From positions 229,278,001 to 229,342,000 of the forward strand of contig NC_058368.1 in the NCBI RefSeq assembly GCF_018350175.1: 64,000 nt of DNA. The letters are read 5' to 3'. Shown in pieces: positions 62,366-64,000 of this stretch (its first letter is position 1; each line of letters begins with the position of its first letter). Below the pieces are notes generated by a model that was not told the origin of the DNA, ran no database searches, and saw only the letters and a program-made list of their open reading frames with translations. The position numbers and the translations under genes are program-made. The stretch is from Felis catus. Lineage: Eukaryota.

Positions 62366-64000
62366 TCTTCTATCTCCTCACAGCTAGAAAATAATTTAGA
62401 GCCTGGGATAAAATTTTAATGGGAAATATGCTATCCCTTCTCCTGAAATGGAAAATACGTTATCTCTGCTCCTGATTATACTTAGCTCTGCTTAAAAACA
62501 CCTACCCACACACCCTTTTTAGTGACAAGACATTAATAGACACTTAAAGAAGAAAATAAGTCCAAATGATGTGGTTTTGTCAGAAAATCCCCCAAGGAAA
62601 CTAACAGAACCTATACATAAACTAGCTTAAACGAGCTGACAATGCTTCATTTTCAAAGAAGATAAGCAACACCCAAAAACTAAGAAAGACAATACACACT
62701 GTTAATAAGTATATTGGTTATATTTTGCCCCAATAATGCTTCATAACAAACCACAAACCATAAAGGCTTAAAATTCTCATGCTTTTTCTACTCTACCTTA
62801 CTAACTTCCATTTAAATTAATATATTTTTAAATTTTCATTTGCTCTTTTCCTTGTTACTTGAAGCTCTATGCAGTATAACACTTTTATAAATATATTTTA
62901 AAAAGTAAAAATGTCTGTACCATAGCAAACAACCTTTGGCAATTCTCTCTTTTTTTTTTTTTTTTTTTTTGTACATAATTTCTTTTGCTTACCTTGAGAA
63001 CTTGGGTAGGCAATTAAGAAAAGAAATAAAACATCTCTTGTGCTCTTTTTCATAGTTTTACAAAGGCAGAGGAAACTATCTGGCTTTCTCTAGCTTAGGG
63101 ATCATTAAAAAGTTGCCACTTTGATGTGTGTGCAGAAAAAAAAAACAAAAAGTTTCTCTAGGAATTGCTCACAGGTTCCTGGATATGTCAAAAGAGAACA
63201 AACAGAAAGAAATGAAGACGCTAGAAATCTCAAGTGGCTGGTGAGAGGTTTAGAAAATAAAAATCCTCAATAATGCATAGCTCACGATTCTTTTCATCAA
63301 GCACGATGACATTGTAATATTTTCCTCATTGTTTCAATAATAAAATCACTAGAAAAGACACAACTTCTTTTCCCAAATAAGTGAAGGTCATGAGGATATG
63401 AGCAAAGAATGGATTACTTGCTGATGTACATAAAATAAAGGTATAAATAATTTGTTACATCTCCTCACATAAATTTTGTATTTTGGGCTAAAATCCTAGT
63501 TTCTATTTATTTCCTTTTGCTCTTCCCATATCGTATCCCGGGAAACGTAGACCTTGCTTTCATTTTTTTTTATTATAATAAGAACTGTACTTTCTTTTTC
63601 AGATTTCACTAGGGATTGCAGTACAAAGAACATTTACCTCTCTCACTGTTTCAAATGTCCTTAGCCACTATCACCCTGGCACAAAAGCTAGTTAAATTTA
63701 GACTGTGTTCAATTCTCCCAGTTAATTTTGGACCCTTACCTTTTTAAATATACTGCTTAGGATATGAATGCAGGCCAAACACTGCAACTCCCCCATTCTC
63801 TTGATAGAAATGAGGATGAGCCATTATTTTTTTCTGTATTTTAGCAAACGGTGAACCTTTTTATGAAATAAAATGCACACATCATTACAACTTCTCATTA
63901 AATATGTACTAGGGAGATAATGCTACTGCTGAGTAGCTAGAGTTATTACTCTTTCAACAATTTAACAGCTCTCTTCTTGTCATTGTAAGACTTTTTTTTT

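Noticed and set aside
62992..63178. Minus-strand exon-like segment with AAG|GTAAGC donor and pyrimidine-rich acceptor
   Set aside because: Contains stop codons and a T-run; no transcript evidence available, so indistinguishable from a pseudo-exon.

Overview
AT-rich, non-coding mammalian genomic DNA from a felid (cat family), identified by 23 largely complete tRNA-derived felid Can-SINEs (SINEC_Fc-type) plus one 5' stub. I find no protein-coding gene, RNA gene or CpG-island promoter. The listed ORFs are short and mostly translate SINEs, L1s, LTRs or microsatellites, so the window is intergenic or deep intronic. It is dominated by transposon fossils: old L1M LINEs, carnivore/felid L1 3' ends, L2, MIR, HAL1, MaLR/ERVL/ERV1 LTRs, MER47/MER5 DNA elements and a fragmented ERVL provirus. 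I do not see a new biological system. The notable structures are a perfect 59-bp inverted duplication inside a TA microsatellite (10134-10385), a head-to-tail di-SINE sharing one target-site duplication (41907-42370), a multi-layer nested insertion stack (41.7-46.0 kb), a SINE cluster with close inverted pairs, palindromic and Z-DNA-type microsatellites, and a candidate enhancer near 3.9-4.4 kb. Repeat family names come from recognition by eye, not a RepeatMasker run, and boundaries of old elements are approximate.
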